Shown here in pieces: positions 25,606-35,538 of a stretch of DNA of 64,000 nt. Each line of letters opens with the position of its first letter. The first letter of the stretch is position 1. Location of the stretch: the NCBI GenBank assembly GCA_043812955.1, contig JBDRLN010000012.1, positions 12,749-76,748 on the forward strand, given 5' to 3'. Source of the DNA: Candidatus Omnitrophota bacterium (lineage in GTDB: Bacteria > Omnitrophota > Gorgyraeia > Gygaellales > Profunditerraquicolaceae). The notes beneath the pieces are model-generated. The model was not told the DNA's origin, searched no databases, and was given only the letters and a program-made list of their open reading frames with translations. The position numbers were made by a program, and so were the translations under genes.

Positions 25606-28481
25606 GCGCCTAGGGGAACGTCCCCGGAATACGCGCATGGAACATTCCAAATATCTTTTGCATATTCCCTTATTGTCCTATCACTTGAGAATCTACCTGA
25701 TTTAGCTACATTAATAATTGATTTTCTGGTCCACTCTTTCTTATCTGCATAAAGCTGGGAGGCTTTCTCCTGCTTTGCGCAATAATCATCAAAATCCGCG
25801 CAGACAAAGTAGCGGTCGCCGCAAAACAGGCTATTTAAAAGCGGGGAAAAAAGATTGGGTTGGTCCAGAGAAAAGAAATTATTCTGGATAAGCCCAATTA
25901 TCTCCTTAAGCACCATAGAGCGATTAATATAGTCCTGAGAATTATATCCGGATGCCAATATCTTCTCGATCTCTTCAAGCCTTAAGCCAAAAATAATAAT
26001 GTTGTCTTCGCCCACAGCTTCGGCTATTTCAATATTTGCCCCATCATAGGTTCCGATAGTCAGAGCGCCATTCATCATAAACTTCATACAGCCCGTTCCT
26101 GAAGCTTCGGTGCCTGCGGTTGAAATCTGCTCGGATAGGTCACTCGCAGGAATTATACGTTCCGCTAAAGTTACACGATAATTCTCCAAGAATATTACCT
26201 TTAATTTATCGCCAATCGCTTTATCGCTGTTCACTACATCCGCGATGCTGTTAATAAATTTAATTACAAGCTTGGCCATGAAATATCCAGGGGCAGCCTT
26301 ACCAGCAACAATAAAAGTCCTTGGGACAAGGCTTGCGCGCGGATTATTTTTAACCCTTAGGTACTGCGAAGCGATATAAAGCCCAAACAAAAATTGCCTT
26401 TTATATTCATGAAATCTTTTAACCTGTACATCAAACATAGAATCCGGGTTTACACGAATACCGGTACTTTCATAAATATATTCGGTGAGGTGTTTTTTGT
26501 TTGCTTTCTTTACCCCCTGCCAACTTTTGCAAAAATCACTATCATCTTTTAAGGTAGTAAGCTTTTCCAATTCGTAGAGATCAGTAACCCATTTATTACC
26601 GATTGCCGAAGTTATTAACTCAGAAAGGTGAGTATTGGATTTCTGCAGCCACCTTCTTTGGGTAATACCATTAGTCTTGTTATTGAATCTTTCCGGGAAG
26701 AACTCATAGAAATCCTTAAAGAGCTGTTCCTTAATAAGCTTTGTGTGTAATTCAGATACGCCGTTTATTGAGTGTGAACCGATTATAGCCAAATTGGCCA
26801 TACGGACTTTATTAGGATATCCCTCTTCAATAATAGACATCCTTCTTAGACGATCTGCATCTTGAGGATATCTTTTGGCCACATCTTTTAAAAAACGCAT
26901 GTTGATTTCATAAATGAGCTGCATATGCCTAGGCAGAAGACGCTCGAAACTCGGAACAGGCCAACACTCAAGGGCTTCTGACATTACCGTGTGATTTGTA
27001 TAACCAAATGTCCTCACAGCTATATCCCAAACAGTATCCCAATCTAGATTTTCTTCGTCAATTAAGATACGCATCAGCTCAACTATTGCCAAAGATGGAT
27101 GAGTATCGTTAAGTTGAATTGCTACTTTATCAGGGAAAAATTTAAAATCGGAATTGCCTTCTTTAAAACGACGGATAATATCCGCGATTGAGGCAGCGGT
27201 AAAGAAGTATTCCTGTTTTAAGCGCAGTTCCTTACCCTGGCTGCTGCTATCTCTGGGATAGAGGACCTTGGAAATATTTTCTGAAGATACCTTACTATAA
27301 ACTGCATGCTCATAATCACCTTCATTAAAATAGTTTAAATCAAAGTCAGCGCTGCTGCGCGCAGACCAAAGTTGCAATGTATTTACAATGTCAGTTTTAT
27401 ACCCTACAACTGGGATATGATAAGGTACCGCCAGAACATCTTCAGTATCAACCCATTTAACCCGCAACTTTCCCAATTCATCGTTAAACATGGAAGTGCG
27501 GCCGCCAAAACTTACCCTCACCGTACACTCAATCCTAGGAAATTCCCAGGGATTACCTTTATTAAGCCAAGCGTCAGGATATTCCGCCTGGTAACCATTT
27601 ATTATTTTTTGATTAAAAATCCCATATTCATATCGTATGCCATAGCCATGGGCCGGAATACCAAGGGTAGCCATCGAATCAAGAAAACATGCTGCCAATC
27701 TTCCTAAACCGCCATTCCCAAGACCCGCATCCTGCTCGCAGTCATACACTTCTTCAAGGTCAAGCCCCAATTCCTTAACAGCAAGTTTTGTCTCATTCCA
27801 TAGGCCTAAGTTAAGCATATTAGACCCAAGGAGGCGGCCAATTAAAAACTCCAAGGATAAATAATAAACTCTCTTTACGTTTTCTTTGTGGTATCCTTGT
27901 TGCGTATTAATCCAGCGCTCAATAAGCCTGTCTCTGATAGCGATGGCCAAAGCCATAAAATTATCATTAGGGGTTACGCTATACTGATCTTTGGCAAGCG
28001 AGTATTCGCGGGTAGCAAGAAATGAATGCTTGATACCATCCTTAGACATATCTTTGCCGATATTAAACCAAGAATTGACGTCTATTTTACTCTGCGGCAA
28101 GAATTTTATCCTAAGAAGAGATTTTATCCTGACAGAAAGCTCAGTCTTATCAAATGGCTTAGAAATAAAATCATCGCAACCTGCCTCTACCCCTTTAATC
28201 CTCTCTTCTTCTCCCGTTAAAGAAGTGATCATAACCACAGGCAAGGCTTGAGTCTCCTTTGTGGATTTTATCTTCTTGCATACTTCATATCCGTCAAGCT
28301 TAGGCATCATAACGTCTAATAGAATAAGATCCGGAGGATCTAAGGCCACCTTAGCCAGCGCTTCGCTTCCATTTACCGCCATTATGACATTGTAGCCGCG
28401 CGGGACGAGCAGCGCCTCGAGAAGTTCAAGATTCTTCGGTTCGTCGTCAACACAGAGAATCGTCAGCTTTTTATCGGTCAT
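25566..28481 (-). CDS. glgP: CheY-like receiver domain fused to glycogen/alpha-glucan phosphorylase
   Basis: The N-terminal ~130 aa (KKLTILCVDDEP...LILLDVMMPKLDGYEV...SKPF) is a receiver paralogous to that of 30777..31748. The remaining ~830 aa is a GT35 phosphorylase (AIRDRLIERW, EASGTGCMKFMMNGALTIGTYDGANIE, Lys-PLP region). ATG at 28481 has SD AAGGAGG. Confidence 0.85.
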   Translation of the reverse strand: MTDKKLTILCVDDEPKNLELLEALLVPRGYNVIMAVNGSEALAKVALDPPDLILLDVMMPKLDGYEVCKKIKSTKETQALPVVMITSLTGEEERIKGVEAGCDDFISKPFDKTELSVRIKSLLRIKFLPQSKIDVNSWFNIGKDMSKDGIKHSFLATREYSLAKDQYSVTPNDNFMALAIAIRDRLIERWINTQQGYHKENVKRVYYLSLEFLIGRLLGSNMLNLGLWNETKLAVKELGLDLEEVYDCEQDAGLGNGGLGRLAACFLDSMATLGIPAHGYGIRYEYGIFNQKIINGYQAEYPDAWLNKGNPWEFPRIECTVRVSFGGRTSMFNDELGKLRVKWVDTEDVLAVPYHIPVVGYKTDIVNTLQLWSARSSADFDLNYFNEGDYEHAVYSKVSSENISKVLYPRDSSSQGKELRLKQEYFFTAASIADIIRRFKEGNSDFKFFPDKVAIQLNDTHPSLAIVELMRILIDEENLDWDTVWDIAVRTFGYTNHTVMSEALECWPVPSFERLLPRHMQLIYEINMRFLKDVAKRYPQDADRLRRMSIIEEGYPNKVRMANLAIIGSHSINGVSELHTKLIKEQLFKDFYEFFPERFNNKTNGITQRRWLQKSNTHLSELITSAIGNKWVTDLYELEKLTTLKDDSDFCKSWQGVKKANKKHLTEYIYESTGIRVNPDSMFDVQVKRFHEYKRQFLFGLYIASQYLRVKNNPRASLVPRTFIVAGKAAPGYFMAKLVIKFINSIADVVNSDKAIGDKLKVIFLENYRVTLAERIIPASDLSEQISTAGTEASGTGCMKFMMNGALTIGTYDGANIEIAEAVGEDNIIIFGLRLEEIEKILASGYNSQDYINRSMVLKEIIGLIQNNFFSLDQPNLFSPLLNSLFCGDRYFVCADFDDYCAKQEKASQLYADKKEWTRKSIINVAKSGRFSSDRTIREYAKDIWNVPCAYSGDVPLGATPNMLKSQTQKR

Positions 28482-28597
28482 AATGCCTCCTTGAGCATCG
28501 ACCACAGTTTATGGTCGACTCACCAGACGCCGGTGTTTTTTAACTGGAAATGGCGTAACTCTTTGAAAGATAATGTAATTACGTGTATATGTAAAAA

Positions 28598-29980
28598 TTA
28601 TTCTAAATAAATATCTTTATCGCCCCTGATGCTCCCTCCTTTAATCTTACTGTGCAATTCTTCTTTAGACAACGCAAAAAGAGGGCTGATCTCTACTCTT
28701 ACCTGTGGCTCTACTTTAATTCCTGCATCATTGAGCCAATTTTTATACATGTTACTCAATATCTTTCTAACGGTTTCCGGGGAATCATCGCCCTGTTTAT
28801 TCTTCAGCGGAGCAAATTCTTCTTCGCGGGATATTTCCATACAGCAGGTGTTTTTCGCTAAAGGTATGGCGTCGAAAATAAAGGTTTCAAATTTCCATCC
28901 TTTGATTTCTGTGATTTCATCTTGCGCTCCAAATGAATCTAACATTTTAATAGCATGATGATACGGCAAAGCAAATCCGGACTCATTTAAACGCTGGATG
29001 AAAACTAGAGAAACCATATGTATTGCAGTATTACCCGCCCAATCGCGGATTTGCCCGTTATTATCTAAGATGCAGCGGTTATCCGAGTCTAACTCGCTGT
29101 ACTCAATAACTTTTGCCTTGCCATTTTCAGCGGCAAAGATCCCGACCTTTTCCTCACAGCTTCTGCGGCGCACTATTTTAGTAGACATTTCTGAATCTTC
29201 CATCTTATGATACCCGATGAAAACCGGATCCATTATCTTTACCAAGAGATTGTCGATCTGACAATAGAACAAATCGGAATATCCATCTTCAATTAGTTGT
29301 TTTAACAAACCGGAGTCACGCAACGCCTTGATACAACCACCGTGACCGTTTGGATTAACGAATAGATGAGTTTTGTCCTTTAAAATTAATTTACCATCTA
29401 CAGTTAAAGTAGGAAGCATCTCCTGCTCAAAGAAATGCACCGTTTGCGGATCGAGGGTAAAAAAATTATGGGTTTTAAAAAAGTCTTTTACTTCCGGCAG
29501 CATTTCCGTATCCGTCATTATCAGCAACGGAATAACAACTTTGTAGCGCAAAGATAAAGCCCTGACCGACTCGGCAAAAAGCTGGAATAAAGATTTGTTT
29601 TTTACGGGAGAAATCGGAAACATTCCTTTAGGGCCATTAAAACCTAAACGAGAGCCATGTCCTCCGGCTACGATCAAAACAGCTATCTTGTTCTTGGAGA
29701 TTATTGACTCACCCAATATGCGCGCCTCGTCCCTTTGCACTTGCTCATCAGAATCTTTAGGAATACTAAATATCGGTGATGGATAGATGTCTATGCGATG
29801 TTTGACGGGTAATTTTTGAACGGACGCCTTTTTATAAAGTGAGAAGACGAGCTCAAAATCAAGATTCCCGATTTCACCGATAAACTTTTCTTTCTCCAAA
29901 AGGCTTAACGACTGGTAATGCCTAAGAATATGGGTTTGGTTATATACTTTAAGCAGATTTAAAAAATATTCTTCTTTCAT
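28598..29980 (-). CDS. UDP-sugar pyrophosphorylase of the UDPGP family (UAP1/USP-like, eukaryote-type)
   Basis: VLIVAGGHGSRLGFNGPKGMFPIS matches the UDPGP nucleotide-binding loop (L-x-GG-x-G-T/S-R-L-G); 460 aa. Confidence 0.6.
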   Translation of the reverse strand: MKEEYFLNLLKVYNQTHILRHYQSLSLLEKEKFIGEIGNLDFELVFSLYKKASVQKLPVKHRIDIYPSPIFSIPKDSDEQVQRDEARILGESIISKNKIAVLIVAGGHGSRLGFNGPKGMFPISPVKNKSLFQLFAESVRALSLRYKVVIPLLIMTDTEMLPEVKDFFKTHNFFTLDPQTVHFFEQEMLPTLTVDGKLILKDKTHLFVNPNGHGGCIKALRDSGLLKQLIEDGYSDLFYCQIDNLLVKIMDPVFIGYHKMEDSEMSTKIVRRRSCEEKVGIFAAENGKAKVIEYSELDSDNRCILDNNGQIRDWAGNTAIHMVSLVFIQRLNESGFALPYHHAIKMLDSFGAQDEITEIKGWKFETFIFDAIPLAKNTCCMEISREEEFAPLKNKQGDDSPETVRKILSNMYKNWLNDAGIKVEPQVRVEISPLFALSKEELHSKIKGGSIRGDKDIYLE

Positions 29981-30033
29981 GGTTTACCTATCCGTATCGT
30001 CTAAAACCTTTAATCGCAGCATATTTTTTAAGT

Positions 30034-30738
30034 TTAATTATTATGAAGACTGTATGTTTTCATTAATAAAGCGTATTTAAAGGCGCCCTTACCCTGTATT
30101 TTAATCGGGACCCGCGGAGTCTCCTTGTTAACCCAGATCTCAAACTCATCGGGGATACTTTTAAAATGGTAAGCCTGGTATTTACCGGCAGGGACCGTTA
30201 TTTCATCTATTGAAACTAATTCTAATCTAAATTCAGCGGGGACTCTTATAGTAAAACTCCAGCCTATTTCAATATCAGGATGCCTGCGTATATAAAAAGG
30301 GATCAGGATTGTGTTCTGGATCGGGCTGCCTGCTTTGGTTATCTGCTCCTTTATTAATTTCACGCCTTTAAACTTCCTTGTTACAACTGTAAATTTCTGC
30401 TGGTCATATTCTTCTGTTATATATTCCTTACTCAAGAACCCGGAGATGGCGCGTTCTATCCTGTACGGCAATAAGCTTTCCGGGTCGCTATAAATTTTCT
30501 CCGTGTCCTCAAAAAAAAATACCTTAGTCTTAAACGTTACTAAATTAACCTTTACCCCGTTTAAATCAACCACCCCAAGGTCGTTATATTCTGATCTTCC
30601 AAAAGGGCTTATAAGATACGTTATGCTTTCTCCTGTATAATCATGACTGCCGGTTTCCCCCTTCAATAAATCATTGCCTGCAAAAACCATTAAAACTATC
30701 GCCGATACAATAAGTATTTTATTGATTTTCATATTCAT
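30034..30738 (-). CDS. secreted protein of unknown function (paralog of 33509..34222)
   Basis: Signal peptide; ~45% identity to the 33509..34222 product along the full length (DYTGE..YLI.P.G.SEY.D.G.VDLNGV...YDPES.LPY..ER...). Confidence 0.6.
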   Translation of the reverse strand: MNMKINKILIVSAIVLMVFAGNDLLKGETGSHDYTGESITYLISPFGRSEYNDLGVVDLNGVKVNLVTFKTKVFFFEDTEKIYSDPESLLPYRIERAISGFLSKEYITEEYDQQKFTVVTRKFKGVKLIKEQITKAGSPIQNTILIPFYIRRHPDIEIGWSFTIRVPAEFRLELVSIDEITVPAGKYQAYHFKSIPDEFEIWVNKETPRVPIKIQGKGAFKYALLMKTYSLHNN

Positions 30739-30776
30739 TTACCTTGGCAAATCTTGAGACTACATGCTTACATCTG

Positions 30777-31748
30777 TCATAAGGAGTGACCACCTGCTAT
30801 GGTAAGCCCAAGCAGTTCCTCCACTATTGAAACAAGCAAAGCGGATTGCTTAGAGACGCTATCAATTACTTTTTTTTGTTCCTCATTAAGAGCTCCGTAT
30901 GATCCATCCTGAAGTAATGATAGGTTTCCGTTAATCACTCCCAACGGTGTACGCAGTTTATGCGAAATAAGAGTTAAGGTATCCTGTTTTTGAAATTCTT
31001 CCGTGCGCGATAAGGTAACATCGCGTAAAACAAAAACAGTGCTTAATAGCTCTCCGGCTGAATTCTTTATCACATTCAAATTTACCTCTAAATATAATGC
31101 CTCTGTCGAATCGCTCTTTTGGCGCACTATATCAAATGTTTTATGCGTAATCGCTAAATCCATAAGAGCTTCTTTTTTTATAGAAACAGAATAATTCGTG
31201 AATAACTTTTCGACCAAATTAACATTCGCCGGATCGGTAATATTTAAATACTTTAAAATCTCCGCATTGCAATCTTTAATTAGATAATCCGGGGCGCAGA
31301 TTGCAATGCCATCGCTTACTTTATCAACCACTGCCTTAAATTTCTCCTTTTCCTCTAACTGCCGGCGGTAATAACTTATCTTGAGTATAGACTTAACTCT
31401 TGCTAATAGTTCAACCTTATCAACGGGCTTGGAGATAAAATCATCGCATCCTGCCTCAAGGGCTTTTACCTTGTCTTCGGTCTCCTTAAGTACGGTTACC
31501 ATTACCACCGGGATTTCCTTAGTCTTTTCGTCGGCACGCAAATTCTTGAGCACTTCTATGCCGGACATCTTGGGCATCATTACGTCCAGCAGAATCAGAT
31601 CGATTTGGTTATGGATAAGTTTTTCCAACGCTTCTTCACCGCTTGCCGCCTTGACAATTTCATAACCCTGCGGAACAAGATATGCTTCGAGAAGTTCAAT
31701 GTTTTGAGGCTGGTCATCAACAACTAAAATTACTGATTTGTCTTTCAT
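30777..31748 (-). CDS. receiver domain + PAS-like region + HisKA dimerisation/phosphoacceptor domain, no HATPase_c domain (Spo0B-like phosphotransfer protein or truncated hybrid kinase)
   Basis: Receiver KSVILVVDDQPQN...LILLDVMMPKMSGIEV...SKPV; H-box LISHKLRTPLGVINGN. The protein ends about 60 aa after the H-box and the next gene starts 39 nt later. Confidence 0.75.
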   Translation of the reverse strand: MKDKSVILVVDDQPQNIELLEAYLVPQGYEIVKAASGEEALEKLIHNQIDLILLDVMMPKMSGIEVLKNLRADEKTKEIPVVMVTVLKETEDKVKALEAGCDDFISKPVDKVELLARVKSILKISYYRRQLEEKEKFKAVVDKVSDGIAICAPDYLIKDCNAEILKYLNITDPANVNLVEKLFTNYSVSIKKEALMDLAITHKTFDIVRQKSDSTEALYLEVNLNVIKNSAGELLSTVFVLRDVTLSRTEEFQKQDTLTLISHKLRTPLGVINGNLSLLQDGSYGALNEEQKKVIDSVSKQSALLVSIVEELLGLTIAGGHSL

Positions 31749-31790
31749 CCTCTACCTCTTTTGAGTTTGACTTTTCAACATATTAGAAAC

Positions 31791-32156
31791 TCACTTAATA
31801 AACTGACTGACTTCTTTCGCAAAGGTGCGCGTATTTATCGGCTTGCCAATAAATCCGGAATTAGGTATGTCTTCTATCTCTTTTTTTCCTTCCGCCATAA
31901 CCGAAGCAGTCACAAAAACAATTGGGATACCGATTGTCTCTTTGTCTTCGCGCAATATTCTAGCAGCTTCGCTACCACGCATATCCGGAAGCCGCACATC
32001 CATAATTATGATATCCGGTTTTTCTCTCTTGGTAATGGCAATTCCATCGGTAGCATTTTCAGCTTCAAATACTTCAAAGCCAGCGACCTCCAAAAGGTCT
32101 TTTTCCAGCATCAGATTATTTCTATTATCATCGACAATTACAACTTTCTTCTTCAT
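31791..32156 (-). CDS. stand-alone CheY-like receiver (Spo0F-like)
   Basis: KKKVVIVDDNRNN...DIIIMDVRLPDMRGSEA...GKPI; ATG at 32156 preceded by AAAGGAGG. Confidence 0.8.
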   Translation of the reverse strand: MKKKVVIVDDNRNNLMLEKDLLEVAGFEVFEAENATDGIAITKREKPDIIIMDVRLPDMRGSEAARILREDKETIGIPIVFVTASVMAEGKKEIEDIPNSGFIGKPINTRTFAKEVSQFIK

Positions 32157-32157
32157 C

Positions 32158-33453
32158 TCAAACCTCCTTTCTTGAAGCAATGGGCAGAGTAAACTTTACT
32201 CCGGTCCCTTTATTTAGCCCTCCCGATTCTACAGAAAAATTCCCGCCGTGCAGCTCAACCAGTTTTTTCGAGAGCGGCAATCCCAGCCCTGTCCCTTCAG
32301 TTACCCGGGAATACGGAGTATCGACCCGAAAAAACCCTTCAAAGACTTTCCCTATGTTCTCCGGAGCGATACCGACTCCCGTATCCCAAACCTCTACTTC
32401 TATCTTAGAATCAACTTTCTTCGCCCGCATGCCGATTTTACCACCATCAGGGGTAAACTTGACCGCGTTGGAAAGGAGGTTGTAAATTATCTCTTTTATC
32501 TTGAGCTCATCCCCCTCAATATCTGGAAGGTCTTCGGCTATTTCAAGCAATATTTGAAGCTTCTTTTTACTGACCATATCCGCTACCAGCAGTGAAATCT
32601 CATTTAACAGGCTTTTCATAGGTAAGCTGGATAATGCCAGCTTCATCTTTCCGGATTCAACTTTTGCCATATCAAGTATCTGATTTATCAGTAAGAGGAG
32701 GTGTTTTCCGCTAGTTAAAATATTATTAATGTATTTTTTCTGCTTCTCGTTAAGCGGCCCGAAAGTCTCATCCCATAATATCTCAGAGAAACCGTTAATG
32801 GAGTTAAGCGGAGTCCTGAGCTCATGCGACATGTTGGCCAGGAACTCGGATTTTGCCCGGGTGGTACGTTTTAACTCGACGGCCAACTCCTGTAACTCTT
32901 TATGGGTCTTTTCCAGGCCTTTTTCTATCTCCCTGCGCTCGGTGATATCCTCGATAGCCAGAAGGATAACCCGCTCTTTACCCAGCACTTGTTTAATCTG
33001 CCGGGCATTCAGAAGCATTGTGCGCCTGCCAATGGTAGTAAAATCGTGTTCCACCTCATAGTTATCAAAGGTTGCTTTTTGGGGAAGGATGGTTTCCAGC
33101 AGTTCCCGCAGCTTGGGGATATTCCACTGTTTATTGCCCAGGTCATAAATAAGCTGCCCCACGGTCTCTTCAGGCTTTACCTTAAAGAATTCGTAGAAAG
33201 AACGGCTGACGGAGACCACCCTTAAGTCTTGATCCAGAGAAATCAAGGGTTCACGCACAGTGTTGATGATGCTCTCGGCGAATTCGAGGGCACCCTGAGC
33301 TACTCGCTCTGTTTTTTTACTTCCTTTAATTTCTTGGTGAAGCTGCTTGATAGTCTTTCTTCCTGGCACGGTGCGGATTTCTGCCCGATCCTGGATTTTT
33401 TTGGAGAATTTAATATTTTTCTTTTTATCTTTCATGGTTTCACCTCTATTCAT
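32158..33453 (-). CDS. cytoplasmic PAS-domain sensor histidine kinase
   Basis: PAS region (EPLISLDQDLRVVSVSRSFYEFF), H-box MSHELRTPLNSI, N/G1/G2 boxes (NLLSNAVKFT, DTGVGI, GTGLGL); 431 aa. Confidence 0.85.
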   Translation of the reverse strand: MNRGETMKDKKKNIKFSKKIQDRAEIRTVPGRKTIKQLHQEIKGSKKTERVAQGALEFAESIINTVREPLISLDQDLRVVSVSRSFYEFFKVKPEETVGQLIYDLGNKQWNIPKLRELLETILPQKATFDNYEVEHDFTTIGRRTMLLNARQIKQVLGKERVILLAIEDITERREIEKGLEKTHKELQELAVELKRTTRAKSEFLANMSHELRTPLNSINGFSEILWDETFGPLNEKQKKYINNILTSGKHLLLLINQILDMAKVESGKMKLALSSLPMKSLLNEISLLVADMVSKKKLQILLEIAEDLPDIEGDELKIKEIIYNLLSNAVKFTPDGGKIGMRAKKVDSKIEVEVWDTGVGIAPENIGKVFEGFFRVDTPYSRVTEGTGLGLPLSKKLVELHGGNFSVESGGLNKGTGVKFTLPIASRKEV

Positions 33454-33508
33454 GAGAAAGGTTATTATTTAGCCCTCTCGCTAGATTGATATATTTAGAA
33501 AACTTTTC

Positions 33509-34222
33509 TTAATTATTGCGGAGACTGTATCCTTTCATTAATAAAGAACAATTAACAATACCTTTAATTTTTATTTTAAGCGGAATTCGCGGGCTGCTTT
33601 TATCGATCCAGATTTCAAACGTATCAGGCACGCTTTTAAAATGGTAAGCTTGGAATTTTCCGCCCGGAACTATTATTTCATCTATTGAAATTAATTCTAA
33701 ATTAAATTTCACAAGTTTAAGTTCATTGAGGACCTTCGCGCTAAATTGCCAGCCTATTTTAAAGTCCGGTTGCTTACGCAGATAAAAAAGAAGCGTGTTC
33801 ATATTTTGAATCGGGCCGTCTGATTTGATTAGCCGCTCCTTTACTAACTTTTTGCCTTTGAACTTTTTTATTACAACTGTAAATTTCTTCTGATCGTATT
33901 CTTCTGTTCTATATTCTTTAATCCAAAGGCCTGAATTAGTGCGCTCTGTTTTATATGGCAACGAGCTTTCCGGATCGTAAAAAATCTTTTCCATAACTTC
34001 GACAAATAATATTTTACTCTTAAGCGTTACCAAATTCGCCGTCACTCCATTTAAATCAACCGTTCCACAATCTGTATATTCCGATTTTCCGATAGGTTCT
34101 ATAAGATATTGGATTCTTTCGCCGGTATAATCATAAATACCAGCTTCTCCCCTTAATAAATTATTATCACAAAGAATAATTAAAATTATTACCGATACAA
34201 TAATTATTATTTTAATTTTCAT
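33509..34222 (-). CDS. secreted protein of unknown function (paralog of 30034..30738)
   Basis: Signal peptide; paralogous as described for 30034..30738. The 3' flanks of both genes also share ttaattatt-gactgtat-tttcattaataaag. Confidence 0.6.
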   Translation of the reverse strand: MKIKIIIIVSVIILIILCDNNLLRGEAGIYDYTGERIQYLIEPIGKSEYTDCGTVDLNGVTANLVTLKSKILFVEVMEKIFYDPESSLPYKTERTNSGLWIKEYRTEEYDQKKFTVVIKKFKGKKLVKERLIKSDGPIQNMNTLLFYLRKQPDFKIGWQFSAKVLNELKLVKFNLELISIDEIIVPGGKFQAYHFKSVPDTFEIWIDKSSPRIPLKIKIKGIVNCSLLMKGYSLRNN

Positions 34223-35538
34223 ATTTTTGGGGTAGTCGTATCTTTAATCTTTAGGGGTTCTGTTTTCTGAAAACCGCCTTCGAGCACTGATGTAACTATG
34301 GATTTAATATAATTGCTGCAAATATCCCACTCCGCTTTCATGCGCCATTGAATGAGATACCGCGAACTATTTTTTTTGCCCAGAGAAACAGCTCTTCTTG
34401 ATCTAATTTTATCGTAAATCTCTAACGTATGTTTGGCGGCAGACATAATCGGGTATTTCTGTACCGTCATTCTTATGATCTGTTTTATGGTTTGTAACTC
34501 TTCAGGGGTTCGAGATAAAGTCCAGATAAGGGCATCAACAAAACTTTGCTGATCCATCTCATTGAGCAATCGCCCGTTGTGATAATCAACTACTACTTCC
34601 CGCGCTCCCGGAGCATTCAGCGCCACCACCGGAACTCCCGCTGCCATGGCTTCAATAAGAACTATTCCTTGTGTTTCGCTTAATGAAGCAAATGCGAAAA
34701 CATCCATGGCAAAATAAGCATCAACCAAATCCTGATAACGTAAAACCCCGGTTAAATGTAATCTTTTTTCAAGGCCAGCCTGTTCAAAGGTATCCTTGAT
34801 CAAATTTTGCGATGGGCCAAGGCCCACGATTAGAGCATGTACCTTTGGATCTTTTTTTAATAATTCAACCAGACAATTTGTCAGGAATACCAAATTCTTT
34901 TCCGGAGCCAGCCGACCGGCATGGCCAACCACTAAGGCATCGGGAGGGATCTGATGCTGCTCTCGAAAAGCAATTCCATCGCCTTTTGAAAAACGTTGTG
35001 CATCTATCCCTGTCGGAATAACCTCCATGGGAGTCTTAACGCCTCTTTTAAGTAAAATATCCTGTACGCTTTCGCTAGGCACGATTACCTGATCTACCAA
35101 ATTTGAATATCCGGCAGCAAGCTTGACCATAAATCTTTTCACTCCCTCATTTTGAACCGGCCAATCATGCACGTACTGCTCAAACATGCAGTGATAAGTA
35201 AATACAAGCGGTATGGCGTGCTGTCGACTAAGGCGTAGAGCAAAATCTCCCATGAAAAACGGGCCGTGGCTATGCACCATATCCGGCACAAATTCTTTCA
35301 TGTATCGCTTTAAGAGCCCAGAAATCGGAAAGTTAACGGAAAAAACAGTCCCGCCAAATTTTTGGAAAGCCGGAATCCGAATTACGCCTTGCTCCTCTTG
35401 CGGCGCGCCCCCAAAGGCCGGAGTAACAATCAAAACCTCATGCCCCAAACTTCTAAATGCCTCGCTAAAAGAATAAACCGATTGCTCTAATCCTCCTACC
35501 ATTGGAAAATAGGTATTCGTCATCATGAGAATATTCAT
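34219..35538 (-). CDS. family 4 glycosyltransferase (GT-B, diacylglycerol/sugar transferase-like)
   Basis: N-terminal MTNTYFPMVGGLEQSV and C-terminal E-x7-E region (ETQGIVLIEAMAAGVPVV) typical of GT4; 439 aa. Confidence 0.75.
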   Translation of the reverse strand: MNILMMTNTYFPMVGGLEQSVYSFSEAFRSLGHEVLIVTPAFGGAPQEEQGVIRIPAFQKFGGTVFSVNFPISGLLKRYMKEFVPDMVHSHGPFFMGDFALRLSRQHAIPLVFTYHCMFEQYVHDWPVQNEGVKRFMVKLAAGYSNLVDQVIVPSESVQDILLKRGVKTPMEVIPTGIDAQRFSKGDGIAFREQHQIPPDALVVGHAGRLAPEKNLVFLTNCLVELLKKDPKVHALIVGLGPSQNLIKDTFEQAGLEKRLHLTGVLRYQDLVDAYFAMDVFAFASLSETQGIVLIEAMAAGVPVVALNAPGAREVVVDYHNGRLLNEMDQQSFVDALIWTLSRTPEELQTIKQIIRMTVQKYPIMSAAKHTLEIYDKIRSRRAVSLGKKNSSRYLIQWRMKAEWDICSNYIKSIVTSVLEGGFQKTEPLKIKDTTTPKI

